In this document: positions 10,429-19,859 of the stretch, one piece after another
How positions within the stretch are numbered: position 1 is the first letter of the stretch
Layout of the letters: every line of letters starts with the position of its first letter
DNA from: Erysipelothrix sp.
Lineage (GTDB): Bacteria; Bacillota_I; Bacilli_A; Erysipelotrichales; Erysipelotrichaceae
NCBI GenBank assembly: GCA_018335655.1
Contig: JAGXRX010000014.1
Span: forward strand, 110,370-174,369
Length of the DNA stretch: 64,000 nucleotides
Direction: 5' to 3'
Notes under the pieces: model-generated
Seen by the model: the letters and a program-made list of their open reading frames with translations, nothing else
Database searches by the model: none
What the model was told of the DNA's origin: nothing
Position numbers and translations under genes: made by a program

Positions 10429-12721
10429 ATAATAATATTGGTTTTGAGATATAGTATCCTTGAATTATTTCACATCCAATGGACTGTAGAGCTAAAGCTT
10501 GTTCTTGAGTTTCAACTCCTTCAGCAATAACAGTAAGGTTTAATGACTTAGCAATCGATAATATTGAAATAATAAGTGCCCTTGGATATTCATCAGATTC
10601 AACTTTTGATATGAATTCACGATCAATCTTAATCGTATCAATTGGAAGTTTTGCGATATAAATCAAAGAGGAATAACCAGTTCCAAAATCATCAATAGCA
10701 ATTCTAAATCCAAAGTTTTTCAATTTGAGTAAAATATCTTGCTTCGCATCGATATCAAGCATAGCAGCACTTTCAGTCATTTCAATCATGAGATTCTTAG
10801 GATTAAATCGAATTTCTCGCAGTGAGGTAAGTGCACATTCATAAAACCCTTGGTTTTGCAGTTGAAGGGGTGATACATTAACACACATGTATAAATTAGG
10901 ATCAACTTCATTAAGACGCTTCAGTTGTTTTGCGGCTACTCTAAGCACAAATCGTCCTATATCATGAATGTATCCTTTGGTTTCAGCTAATTTGATAACA
11001 TTGATGATTGGAATATTTTGATAATCTGGATTATTCCAACGAAGCAATGCTTCATATCCAATAATCTTTTTCTGACTCATGTGATAGATAGGTTGGTAAA
11101 CACAGTAGAATTCTTCACGCTCAATCGCATATGCGATGGCTTCTTCAAGATCTTGTTTTGCTAAGATGTCCAAGTAGATAGTTTGCGAGTAAAATATAAC
11201 GTGGGTAAAAGGATCAAGTTTTGCTTTATGCTTAGCTAATGTTGCTTGGCGAATTGCCATGTTTATAGTGCTGTTCTTTTCAAGCTTAGCAACCCCACAA
11301 CTAACATCTAGGTGAATTTCAATGGTAGATACTTGAAATGGTTGTCTAGATATAGCAACGATTTCTTCGACACGTTGACGAATCTCCAGCTCACTTCTCG
11401 CAATCATCGAACATATCATCTCATCTCCAAAATAACGCGCTATCATTTCATTCTCTTTAAGATAAGGTTGAATCATTAGAGACAATGAGCGAAGTGTGGA
11501 GTTACCAACATCATAACCATATAGACTATTAATTCGCTTAAAGTCATCAATCGATAATATTACCACATATACAAAATAATCTTCATCCATCATTGAATAG
11601 TTTAATCGAGGAATTTCATTGAGGAAACTAAAGAAATTATTAAGACCAGTAATTGGATCAATATAAGTCAACTCTCTAATTTGAGAAAGCATTTGATTAA
11701 AACTTTTTGAGGCTTCACCAATTTCATTTGGAGCGGATTCATCAGCTTTATAACTCAAGTTTCCTTTTTTAGCTTGTTCAAAGGCATTTTGTAACTTAAG
11801 AAGAGGTGTGATAATTGTGTTTGTTGAGATTAGTAAAATAATGATTAAAATAATCAATGCCATGATAAGCGAAATATTAATTGTGTCTGAAACGACAGAA
11901 ACTTTACTGAAAGCTTGTTGTTGATCAATACTTAAGATGAGCGTCCATCCATTTGTTGAGGGTATGGATGCATAGACATTAATCATTGTTTTGTCATCTT
12001 GTTTAAATGAGAAAGTTTTTTCATTAGAATTTGAGAATAGTGCAAAATCAAGACCTGTAATTTGGTTGAATGAAGTATCAATACTGATATTATCATCAGG
12101 ATGTGCAACAACATTGCCTAGATCATCAATAATCCAAGCAAAACCATCTTCTTGAAAAGTTATTGATTTAAGTATGTTATCAATGAATCGTGTTGAAACA
12201 ACCCCATTTACCAATCCTATGGTTTGATTACTATCATTTTTGATCGCATGAGACATTGTGATTATTGGATAAGGTTCAGGGATAAATGGACTAAAAAAAG
12301 GTCGAGATAAATAACTACCTTTTTGATTAATGAATATTTCTATGAATTGCCTCTGATTAGAAATATCAATGAACTGATCATATGTAGCCCATGCAAGTCC
12401 ATCAGGTGTTGAGAATGTAAAATTTCTAAATAGTTGTTGTCTCGTCATCGATAACAAGTAAGTTTGTATCTCTTCAAGTTCCATGGATACCATGACATTG
12501 GATAGCGAAATCATTTGAATTTGATTATCAAGACCTTGAATTTCATTACCGAGTTCACCAGCTCGTGATAAGGCAATTTCTTGATATTGATCAAGTACTA
12601 TGAGAGGGAGAGCTTTCAAACGCTCAGAAGCAACAAAACCTAATAAGATAAACACAACTGACATGACAATGACAAGCGTGAGTGTTATTTGAGTCTTAAT
12701 GGATCGCAGTTTTATCTTCAT
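10427..12721 (-). CDS. Membrane sensor protein with Cache-like extracytoplasmic domain, HAMP, degenerate GGDEF and intact EAL domain (probable c-di-GMP phosphodiesterase)
   Basis: An N-terminal TM, a roughly 250-aa loop, a second TM, then HAMP. The GGDEF site reads FGDEM. EAL motifs are intact: YEALLRW, DDFGTGYSSL, KIDREF, EGVETQEQ. Confidence 0.85.
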   Translation of the reverse strand: MKIKLRSIKTQITLTLVIVMSVVFILLGFVASERLKALPLIVLDQYQEIALSRAGELGNEIQGLDNQIQMISLSNVMVSMELEEIQTYLLSMTRQQLFRNFTFSTPDGLAWATYDQFIDISNQRQFIEIFINQKGSYLSRPFFSPFIPEPYPIITMSHAIKNDSNQTIGLVNGVVSTRFIDNILKSITFQEDGFAWIIDDLGNVVAHPDDNISIDTSFNQITGLDFALFSNSNEKTFSFKQDDKTMINVYASIPSTNGWTLILSIDQQQAFSKVSVVSDTINISLIMALIILIIILLISTNTIITPLLKLQNAFEQAKKGNLSYKADESAPNEIGEASKSFNQMLSQIRELTYIDPITGLNNFFSFLNEIPRLNYSMMDEDYFVYVVILSIDDFKRINSLYGYDVGNSTLRSLSLMIQPYLKENEMIARYFGDEMICSMIARSELEIRQRVEEIVAISRQPFQVSTIEIHLDVSCGVAKLEKNSTINMAIRQATLAKHKAKLDPFTHVIFYSQTIYLDILAKQDLEEAIAYAIEREEFYCVYQPIYHMSQKKIIGYEALLRWNNPDYQNIPIINVIKLAETKGYIHDIGRFVLRVAAKQLKRLNEVDPNLYMCVNVSPLQLQNQGFYECALTSLREIRFNPKNLMIEMTESAAMLDIDAKQDILLKLKNFGFRIAIDDFGTGYSSLIYIAKLPIDTIKIDREFISKVESDEYPRALIISILSIAKSLNLTVIAEGVETQEQALALQSIGCEIIQGYYISKPILL

Positions 12722-12723
12722 TT

Positions 12724-14070
12724 TTAATGGTTCTGATCTTTCTGACTACTTTTATATTTGTACATACGTTCATCGGCAACTCGAATCAATTCATAAATGG
12801 TACTTCCATCTTCATTGAAAGAGGCAATTCCATAACTCATTGATGAGTAAACCATTGAACCTTGATATTCGATTGGCGATTTCTTGAGTTCTTCATTAAG
12901 AAGTTCAAATTTTTCATATAGAAGGTCACAGTTTGCATTAAATAATAATCCAACAAACTCATCACCGCCATAACGTGCAAAAACATCACTTTCACGAATA
13001 CTTTGTTTAAGTAGATTAGAAACTAAAATAATAATCTCATCTCCGACTAAATGAGAATATTTGTCATTGACTGCTTTTAGATTATCAATATCTATCATGA
13101 CTAGATGAAATGATTCGCTATAACGTTGTGCTCTTTTAATAACGACATCACAATGTTCATCAAAGAAATGTCGATTGTATAACTTAGTTATACGATCAAA
13201 ACGTGATAGATAAGATTTTTCCTCATAAAGTAATCGATTTGTAATGGCAATTTCTATGGATTTAGAAATGAACTCAATAGACTTGACATCATCATCGTCG
13301 AAGGCAAAAGAGTGAAGAGAATCCACATTAATTAGTCCATAAAAAACACCTTGTAAGAAGATCGGCGCACTTAGTGTAGAGTGAATAAAGACTTCTTCGC
13401 CATACACAGTGGTCACTGGAATATAATTAGATAACTGCGTAGCATCATCAATCTTTACAATACGATTAAGTTTACCTTGAGTTTCATGGTAAATGAATGA
13501 TTGATCTAGTGGGAGTTTAAATGTTGAGACATCTTCACTATAGCCAACACTTGCTGCAGTATAAAAATGATCACCATCTAAAACCAGAATGGTTCCAAGT
13601 GTTGATTTATCAAGTGCTTTTAATGTGGTGTTCAATACAAGACTATAAAATGAATCAATATCGGTAATGTTTAATATTGAATCCGAAATTTCAATAATCA
13701 ATTCTCTAAGTTTTGTAAACTCATCAACCTTCTTAATGTAGCTTTTTCGATCAGTGATGTCTAGAAGAATCGCAAACAGTGCAGGTTTCTTTTCATATAT
13801 TACTCGTTTAATCTGTATATCAAAATAAAACGTTTCTCCAAATGAGTTTTTAACACGTATTTCTTGTCGTGGCAATGGGTTTAAATGATCAATGTCATGA
13901 TATAGATTATTGAACTGGTCATCTATTTTTTCTTCATTAATAGCATCTTGATAAAAAACGTTGGAATATAATAGTCTTTTCTCGTTGAAAACGACTATAG
14001 GCATTAATGTGAATCGCTCGAGTTGTTCTAGTGTTCGATGATCCAGTAAGTCAATGTGATTAAACTCCAT
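12724..14070 (-). CDS. Cytoplasmic PAS/GAF-containing diguanylate cyclase
   Basis: Intact RYGGDEF active site with an upstream RESD (RxxD I-site). It lies 3 nt upstream of the EAL gene, probably in the same operon. Confidence 0.85.
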   Translation of the reverse strand: MEFNHIDLLDHRTLEQLERFTLMPIVVFNEKRLLYSNVFYQDAINEEKIDDQFNNLYHDIDHLNPLPRQEIRVKNSFGETFYFDIQIKRVIYEKKPALFAILLDITDRKSYIKKVDEFTKLRELIIEISDSILNITDIDSFYSLVLNTTLKALDKSTLGTILVLDGDHFYTAASVGYSEDVSTFKLPLDQSFIYHETQGKLNRIVKIDDATQLSNYIPVTTVYGEEVFIHSTLSAPIFLQGVFYGLINVDSLHSFAFDDDDVKSIEFISKSIEIAITNRLLYEEKSYLSRFDRITKLYNRHFFDEHCDVVIKRAQRYSESFHLVMIDIDNLKAVNDKYSHLVGDEIIILVSNLLKQSIRESDVFARYGGDEFVGLLFNANCDLLYEKFELLNEELKKSPIEYQGSMVYSSMSYGIASFNEDGSTIYELIRVADERMYKYKSSQKDQNH

Positions 14071-14238
14071 GACATTTCCTCTACTTCATATGTAATCAAA
14101 TTATAGGTTATTTGTGGTAATATCGCAATAAATCAAACATAATCTAATTAATAAGAGAGGTAAATGAAGTAAGTTTGTTAGCACTTTTATGGTACTTATG
14201 CTTTAATGTATAATAGGACTATAAAAAGAGGTGTAGAT

Positions 14239-14685
14239 ATGAAATCAACATTTGTAATGTTAAAACCAGATGCTTTAGAAAGAAATCTTGTTGACTTGAT
14301 AATATTGGAGTTTCAACAAGCTGGATTCAATATTTTAAGACGTCAACTTGTGAATGTGAATGAACATACAATACTCAAACACTATGAAGAAGTTATTTCA
14401 CGAGTAAGTCTTCCAAACTTTAAAGAGAAAATTTTAGACATTTTTGTAAATCAAGACGTTGTGATTTTAGAAGTGACTAAAGATGATGATGTCGTGTCTA
14501 AAGTGCGAGAATTCATAGGAAAAACTAATCCAAAAGAAGCAAGCCCAAATTCAATACGAGGAAAATTTGGCGATGATGACATGAATGAAGCCATTGCACA
14601 AGGTCGATTAGTTCGTAATCTTGTTCATGCTTCAGATAGTGACGAGAGTGCACAAAGTGAATTAGCATTATGGTTCAAAGAGTAA
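14239..14685 (+). CDS. ndk: Nucleoside diphosphate kinase
   Basis: TFVMLKPDA start and the NLVHASDS active-site His block. ATG at 14239. Confidence 0.85.
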   Translation: MKSTFVMLKPDALERNLVDLIILEFQQAGFNILRRQLVNVNEHTILKHYEEVISRVSLPNFKEKILDIFVNQDVVILEVTKDDDVVSKVREFIGKTNPKEASPNSIRGKFGDDDMNEAIAQGRLVRNLVHASDSDESAQSELALWFKE

Positions 14686-14703
14686 GTGATTACTCTTTTT
14701 TTA
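14679..14703 (+). terminator. Intrinsic terminator after ndk
   Basis: AGAGTA agtgat TACTCT stem followed by a T7 run. Confidence 0.6.
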
Positions 14704-14758
14704 TTTAGAAGTCGTGAATAACATAAAAAAAGCATATCAAAAATACCGTAATTATATA

Positions 14759-15520
14759 CTATGGTTGGACAACAAAGACCTTTTTCAAATCTAAATATGT
14801 TTGCCACTCTTCATTGACTTTTTGATTTGTCACAATATAGTCAATGTCATCAAAGTTTGAAATGTATGCGAATGATGTTTTATCAAACTTTGTGTGGTCT
14901 ACAACTAAATATGTTTGATTTGAATGCTTGATGGCAATCTTGCGAATCTCAGCTTGCTGTTCATTGGAATCAGTAATACCAGAGTTTTGATGAATCGAAC
15001 GACATGAAATAAATGCCTTATCAACAAAGTATTGTTTTAAACTCTCTTCAGTATTTTTGCCAAGGAGTGACATCGAGCGACGATTGTAGATTCCTCCAAT
15101 CAAGAGTAAATGAATATCAGGTGAATCTGAGAGTAGATTTGCAATTTTAAGTGAGTTTGTAATGATTGTTATGCGTAAATTTTTGACTTTTGTGGCAATA
15201 TACAAAGAAGTCGTAGAGGCATCCAAAAAAATTGAATCTCCAGATTTGACATGCTTTGCACACTCAACAGCGATAATCTCTTTTTCTTTGACAAGGATGC
15301 GTTCTCTTAACGTAACGTCCACATCATCTTGGACTACATCATCAACATAAGCACCCCCATAAATACGCTTTAAAATGCCTTCTTTTTCAAGTTCTTGCAA
15401 ATCACGGCGAACGGTTTCTTCAGTAACCTCAAATCGCTTGGCAAGATCAGCGACAGAAACGCTTTTTTCTTCAGATATGATTTCTTTGATTTTGTTTCTT
15501 CTTAAAATGGCTAACATCAT
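14759..15520 (-). CDS. DeoR-family transcriptional regulator, divergent from the BMC operon
   Basis: N-terminal wHTH (SVADLAKRFEVTEETVRRDLQELE) plus a DeoR C-terminal sugar-phosphate sensor domain. Confidence 0.9.
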   Translation of the reverse strand: MMLAILRRNKIKEIISEEKSVSVADLAKRFEVTEETVRRDLQELEKEGILKRIYGGAYVDDVVQDDVDVTLRERILVKEKEIIAVECAKHVKSGDSIFLDASTTSLYIATKVKNLRITIITNSLKIANLLSDSPDIHLLLIGGIYNRRSMSLLGKNTEESLKQYFVDKAFISCRSIHQNSGITDSNEQQAEIRKIAIKHSNQTYLVVDHTKFDKTSFAYISNFDDIDYIVTNQKVNEEWQTYLDLKKVFVVQP

Positions 15521-15626
15521 AACACCTCTACTTTCAATAATTATTAATGTTATTGTAAACTTTATTCTTGAAAAAGTATACTATCAAATCTAAAAACCAC
15601 AAAAAACCAAATAAAACAAAAACAAA

Positions 15627-15655
15627 TTGACAAGAAACAAAAAGAGTGGAATAAT
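15627..15655 (+). promoter_or_regulatory. Candidate sigma-A promoter of the BMC operon
   Basis: TTGACA (15627-15632), a 17-nt spacer, then AATAAT (15650-15655) preceded by TGG. It lies about 35 nt upstream of the aldolase RBS. Confidence 0.55.
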
Positions 15656-15690
15656 ATACGTATCTTAAATTAGTAGATTGGAGGCACACT

Positions 15691-16503
15691 ATGGACATAG
15701 ATAAGAAGTACATGCCTGAGTTCGCGGCAAGAAAAGCGATTTGTGATATTGGGCGACGTATGTATGAAAAAGATTTCGTAGCAGCCAATGATGGAAATAT
15801 TTCAATTAAAGTTGGGAAGAATATGATTATTTGTACACCAACAGGAGTTTCAAAAGGTTATATGACACCAGATATGCTCGTTAAAATGAACATGAAGGGT
15901 GAAGTTATTTCTGGTAAGTTAAAACCATCTTCTGAAATCAAAATGCATCTACGTGTCTATCAAGAAAATGATACGGTGATGGCAGTCACTCATGCGCATC
16001 CACCGATTGCTACTTCTTTTGCAATTGCTGGAATTGAGTTGGATCAAGCACTATTACCAGAAGCAGTGGTGATGCTTGGTACAGTCCGTATTGCTCCCTA
16101 TGCAACACCTGGAACTCAAGAAGTACCAGATTCAATCGCTCCATTTTGTAAAACAGACAATGCAGTCTTACTAGCAAACCATGGCGCATTAACTTGGGGT
16201 AGAGACATTACAGAAGCCTATCACCGCCTTGAGTCTCTCGAATATTATGCCAAGATTGTGATGTACACATCCTCAATTATTGGAAAGACAAACTTGTTGA
16301 GTTGCTCACAGGTGAATCAACTTATTGATTTGAAGCATAAAATGGGTATTCACACAGGTGGGTTACCTACATGCTCAATTAGTGAGTCGAACATGGGACC
16401 ATTTCAAACCATTGAAGTTAAAGAATCCGAAATCAGTAAAGAACAGATGCTCGAACAGATTGCAGCGAAAGTAACGCAAGCTGTTTTAGCAAAATTGAAG
16501 TAG
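15691..16503 (+). CDS. Class II (zinc) aldolase/adducin-family enzyme with C-terminal encapsulation-peptide-like helix; candidate 5-deoxy-/5-methylthio-ribulose-1-phosphate aldolase
   Basis: FucA-like motifs: SSEIKMH, AVTHAHPP and ANHG (Glu and three His ligands). It has about 55 extra C-terminal residues ending in the amphipathic helix SKEQMLEQIAAKVTQAVLAKLK. GGAGG RBS. Confidence 0.85.
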   Translation: MDIDKKYMPEFAARKAICDIGRRMYEKDFVAANDGNISIKVGKNMIICTPTGVSKGYMTPDMLVKMNMKGEVISGKLKPSSEIKMHLRVYQENDTVMAVTHAHPPIATSFAIAGIELDQALLPEAVVMLGTVRIAPYATPGTQEVPDSIAPFCKTDNAVLLANHGALTWGRDITEAYHRLESLEYYAKIVMYTSSIIGKTNLLSCSQVNQLIDLKHKMGIHTGGLPTCSISESNMGPFQTIEVKESEISKEQMLEQIAAKVTQAVLAKLK

Positions 16504-16511
16504 GTGATCAC

Positions 16512-18011
16512 ATGAGTCAAATCACGCAACGCGATATTGAAATCATTGTTGAATCTGTTATGAAGAATGTGGAACGCAGCATGGAAGGCAAAAGTTCTAA
16601 CGTTTCTGTGAAAGCGCTACCACATCAAGGAAAACCATCTGCCACAAAATCTCAACTAGGAGTATTCCAAAACGCAGAGGATGCCATATTAGCTGCCCAT
16701 CAAGCATATCTTGAATACTCATCCAATTATCGATTGGAAGATCGTCGCAACATTGTTGAAGCTATTCGTCAAGTTGCACTCACTCATTTGGATGAATTAG
16801 CTCAGTTAACTTATGAAGAAACAAATATAGGTCGACTTGAAGATAAAAAATCCAAAATATTCTTGGCAGCCACTAAGACTCCAGGAACTGAAGATTTAAC
16901 AACTTCTGCAATTTCAGGAGATTATGGATTAACCATTGAAGAAAGAGCACCGTTTGGAGTGATTGGAGTTGTTACACCAGTCACAAATCCTGTGGAAACA
17001 ATTATAAACAACTCAATTTCCATGTTAGCTGCAGGGAATGCGGTGGTCTACAATGTTCATCCTTCTTCAAAATCATGTACATCCAAACTTGTGAATCTAA
17101 TAAATCAACAAATACAACTTGTTAATGGGCCAGCAAACCTTATTACAATGATAGCTAATCCAACCCTTGAATCGTTAGATGTTATCATGAACTGTCCAAA
17201 AGTCGCCTTACTGGTTGGAACAGGTGGACCGCGAATGGTTAAAACTTTGCTTCAATCAGGAAAGAAAGCTATTGGTGCTGGTGCAGGAAATCCACCAGTG
17301 ATTGTGGATGAAACCGCAGATATCGAAGCAGCAGCTAAAGCAATTATTGAAGGAACTGCCTTCGACAACAACATACTATGTATTGGAGAAAAAGAAGTAT
17401 TCTGTTTATCCCAGGTTTATGACAACTTAATCTATCATATGCTAAAAAATAAAGCATATTTCTTAAGTAAAGAAGAAATCAACAAGATAAAAGAAATCGT
17501 TTTAACTCAACATGAAGTTGAGGCAGCCAAAGGCTGTAGCCTTACTGAAAAGAAGAAAGAGTATCATGTGTCAAAAGATTGGGTTGGTAAAGATGCTCAA
17601 TTAATTCTAAAAGCCATTGGTGTGAATAAAAAAGATATCAATCTACTAATATTCGAAGCAGAGTTTGAAGACCCATTTGTTCAATTAGAACAAATGATGC
17701 CGATACTTCCAATTGTTAAGGTTAAAACCTTTGAGGAAGCTGTCCAATTGGCTGTTAAGGCTGAACATGGTAATCGTCACACAGCTTCTATCTTCTCTAA
17801 AAATATTGATCGAATGACTCAGTTTGCTCGAGCCATTCAAACAACGATATTTGTCAAGAATGCAGCCACCCTCGCAGGTGTTGGATATAAAGGTGAGGGA
17901 CACACGACATTCACCATTGCAGGTCCAACTGGAGAAGGTGTTACATCTGCGAAAACATTTACGAGAATTCGTCGATGCACTTTAGCAGAAGGAGGATTTA
18001 GGATAATGTGA
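16512..18011 (+). CDS. CoA-acylating aldehyde dehydrogenase (PduP/EutE family) with N-terminal encapsulation peptide
   Basis: Catalytic Cys context NNILCIGEKE and the GAGAGNPP block. The N-terminal amphipathic helix QRDIEIIVESVMKNVE is followed by a low-complexity linker before the catalytic domain. Confidence 0.9.
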   Translation: MSQITQRDIEIIVESVMKNVERSMEGKSSNVSVKALPHQGKPSATKSQLGVFQNAEDAILAAHQAYLEYSSNYRLEDRRNIVEAIRQVALTHLDELAQLTYEETNIGRLEDKKSKIFLAATKTPGTEDLTTSAISGDYGLTIEERAPFGVIGVVTPVTNPVETIINNSISMLAAGNAVVYNVHPSSKSCTSKLVNLINQQIQLVNGPANLITMIANPTLESLDVIMNCPKVALLVGTGGPRMVKTLLQSGKKAIGAGAGNPPVIVDETADIEAAAKAIIEGTAFDNNILCIGEKEVFCLSQVYDNLIYHMLKNKAYFLSKEEINKIKEIVLTQHEVEAAKGCSLTEKKKEYHVSKDWVGKDAQLILKAIGVNKKDINLLIFEAEFEDPFVQLEQMMPILPIVKVKTFEEAVQLAVKAEHGNRHTASIFSKNIDRMTQFARAIQTTIFVKNAATLAGVGYKGEGHTTFTIAGPTGEGVTSAKTFTRIRRCTLAEGGFRIM

Positions 18012-18355
18012 GTACATTAAATGAACAAGCTGCAGGTATATTAGAAGTTCTTGGATTCTCAGTTGCAATGGTTGCAATGGATCAAGCTGCGAAAGCTGCA
18101 GATATTAAAATTCTTGCAATCGATGTCAACAATCCATTGGCAGGAGACAAAGCAAAGATCCCCAATGTATTTATTGTTAAGTTTATCGGAAGTATTGACC
18201 ATGTTTCTACAGCTCTGCAAGTTGCAAAAGATACTGCACTGAAGTATCTAGATGAAAAAGACATCTCAACACATATGATTAGTGGAAACATACAAGAAAT
18301 GAAAAGCATGCTATCAAAAGGAAAAGTGTCTATTAAGACCAAGGAGGAAATATGA
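18008..18355 (+). CDS. BMC-H shell protein, divergent, with expanded pore loop
   Basis: Non-permuted PF00936-like order ([26 protein letters not shown]...). The KIGSG pore loop is replaced by [18 protein letters not shown] start overlaps the ALDH stop (ATGTGA). Confidence 0.75.
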   Translation: MSTLNEQAAGILEVLGFSVAMVAMDQAAKAADIKILAIDVNNPLAGDKAKIPNVFIVKFIGSIDHVSTALQVAKDTALKYLDEKDISTHMISGNIQEMKSMLSKGKVSIKTKEEI

Positions 18356-18624
18356 AAGCATTAGGAATTATTGAAACTCGTGGATTAGCAGCAGCAATCG
18401 AGGCGGCTGATACAATGTTAAAAGCTGCCGACGTCACGCTTGTCGGAACCGAAAAAATTGGATCAGGACTTGTATCAGTTGTAATTCAAGGTGATGTAGG
18501 GGCAGTCAAAGCAGCAGTTGAAGCAGGTGCAGAAAATGCATCAAGACTTGGAGAAGTAGTTGCTGTCAACGTCATTCCAAGACCAGTTGAAGATTTGAAA
18601 AAGATTTTGGGTTTCATTGAGTAA
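18352..18624 (+). CDS. BMC-H shell protein (PduA/EutM-like)
   Basis: [28 protein letters not shown]...[10 protein letters not shown]...[10 protein letters not shown], the canonical hexamer sequence. AGGAGG RBS. Confidence 0.95.
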   Translation: MKALGIIETRGLAAAIEAADTMLKAADVTLVGTEKIGSGLVSVVIQGDVGAVKAAVEAGAENASRLGEVVAVNVIPRPVEDLKKILGFIE

Positions 18625-18629
18625 TCTGG

Positions 18630-18911
18630 ATGAATAAAGTAGAGTCCCTAGGGATCATTGATGTTTTGTACCTCACCACGGCATTAAGCTTAGTGGATGA
18701 AATGTGCAAAGCATCAAATGTGAAACTCATTGCATGTGAAGCTGCCTTGGGTGGGAAACTTGTAACGCTTTTTATTCAAGGGTCGGTATCGGATGTTCAA
18801 GAAGCGATTGAAGTCGCAAAAAATACATGTGATACAAAATTTGTGGGACGATGTAAAAATGCAGTAGTCATTTCGAAACCACATAAAGAGATTTTAAAAT
18901 TTATCATGTAA
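18630..18911 (+). CDS. BMC-H shell protein, divergent
   Basis: BMC-domain pattern SLGIIDV...LVDEMCKASNVKLI...GGKLVTLFIQGSVSDVQEAIE. The pore loop is AALGGK rather than KIGSG. Confidence 0.8.
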   Translation: MNKVESLGIIDVLYLTTALSLVDEMCKASNVKLIACEAALGGKLVTLFIQGSVSDVQEAIEVAKNTCDTKFVGRCKNAVVISKPHKEILKFIM

Positions 18912-18926
18912 CATTGGAGGAAAAAA

Positions 18927-19199
18927 ATGAAATCATTAGGAATAATTGAAACGCGTGGATTAACAGCTGCAATTGAAGCGGCAGACACGATGTTAAAAGC
19001 GGCAGATGTTAAAATTGTTGGAACTGAAAAAATCGGATCAGGACTAGTTTCTGTGGTCATTCAAGGCGATGTAGGAGCTGTTAAATCTGCTGTAGAAGCT
19101 GGAGCTGAAAATGCTTCAAGACTTGGTGAACTGGTTGCTGTTCATGTGATTCCAAAACCAAATAATGAATTAATCAAAATGCTTCCTTTCATCGAATAA
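18927..19199 (+). CDS. BMC-H shell protein (PduA/EutM-like), paralog of 18352..18624
   Basis: By my count, 76 of 90 residues are identical to the 18352 gene, with the same KIGSG pore. GGAGG RBS. Confidence 0.95.
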   Translation: MKSLGIIETRGLTAAIEAADTMLKAADVKIVGTEKIGSGLVSVVIQGDVGAVKSAVEAGAENASRLGELVAVHVIPKPNNELIKMLPFIE

Positions 19200-19202
19200 G
19201 AG

Positions 19203-19850
19203 ATGAGTATGGATTTAGCGAATCTAAAAAAAGAAATTACTGATCTTGTTGTCAAAGAAATGGAAGAAATGGGACTCTTATCTTTAAGTGTCCCTGTTTC
19301 CGTATCAGCACGACATTTACACGTAAGCCAAGAGCATCTTGAAATCTTGTTTGGTAAGGGGTATGAGCTGACGATACAGAAGCAGATATCTCAGCCTGGA
19401 CAGTTCGCAGCCAACGAAAAAGTAGATTTGATAACTAAAAAAGGAACAATTAAGGGAATTCGGATTTTAGGACCTGTTCGATCAAAAACACAAATCGAAC
19501 TTCCAAAATCAGATATTCGTCGATTAGGACTAACAGGAGATGTTCGTAATTCTGGTGATATCACTGGAAGTGAAGGGATTATGATTGTTGGACCAAACGG
19601 ACAAGTAGAACTCATGGAAGGTGTGATAATTGCAGATCGTCATATCCACATGACCCCCGCTGATGCACTTCGCTACGGTGTGCATGCTGGGCAACTTGTA
19701 TCTGTCAAAGTTCCTGGAGTCAAAGGTGGTTTAATGAACCATGTCACGATTCGAATTTCAGATAAATATGCACTCGATTTTCATATTGATACAGATGATG
19801 CCAATGCCTTCTTAATAGAAAACGGGCAGTGGTTAGAAATCATCAAATAG
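19203..19850 (+). CDS. pduL: PduL-type phosphotransacylase with N-terminal encapsulation-peptide-like helix
   Basis: Two PduL repeats (VSARHLHVSQEHLEILFG ... IADRHIHMTPADA). The N-terminal helix is DLANLKKEITDLVVKEMEEMGL. Confidence 0.9.
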   Translation: MSMDLANLKKEITDLVVKEMEEMGLLSLSVPVSVSARHLHVSQEHLEILFGKGYELTIQKQISQPGQFAANEKVDLITKKGTIKGIRILGPVRSKTQIELPKSDIRRLGLTGDVRNSGDITGSEGIMIVGPNGQVELMEGVIIADRHIHMTPADALRYGVHAGQLVSVKVPGVKGGLMNHVTIRISDKYALDFHIDTDDANAFLIENGQWLEIIK

Positions 19851-19859
19851 GAGGTCACA

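Noticed and set aside
15162-15788. ORFs 15162-15350 (+), 15375-15593 (+) and 15534-15788 (-) around the DeoR gene and the divergent promoter region
   Set aside because: They are antisense to the DeoR gene or lie across the promoter/5' UTR of the aldolase. Their products are hydrophobic low-complexity sequences without RBSs.
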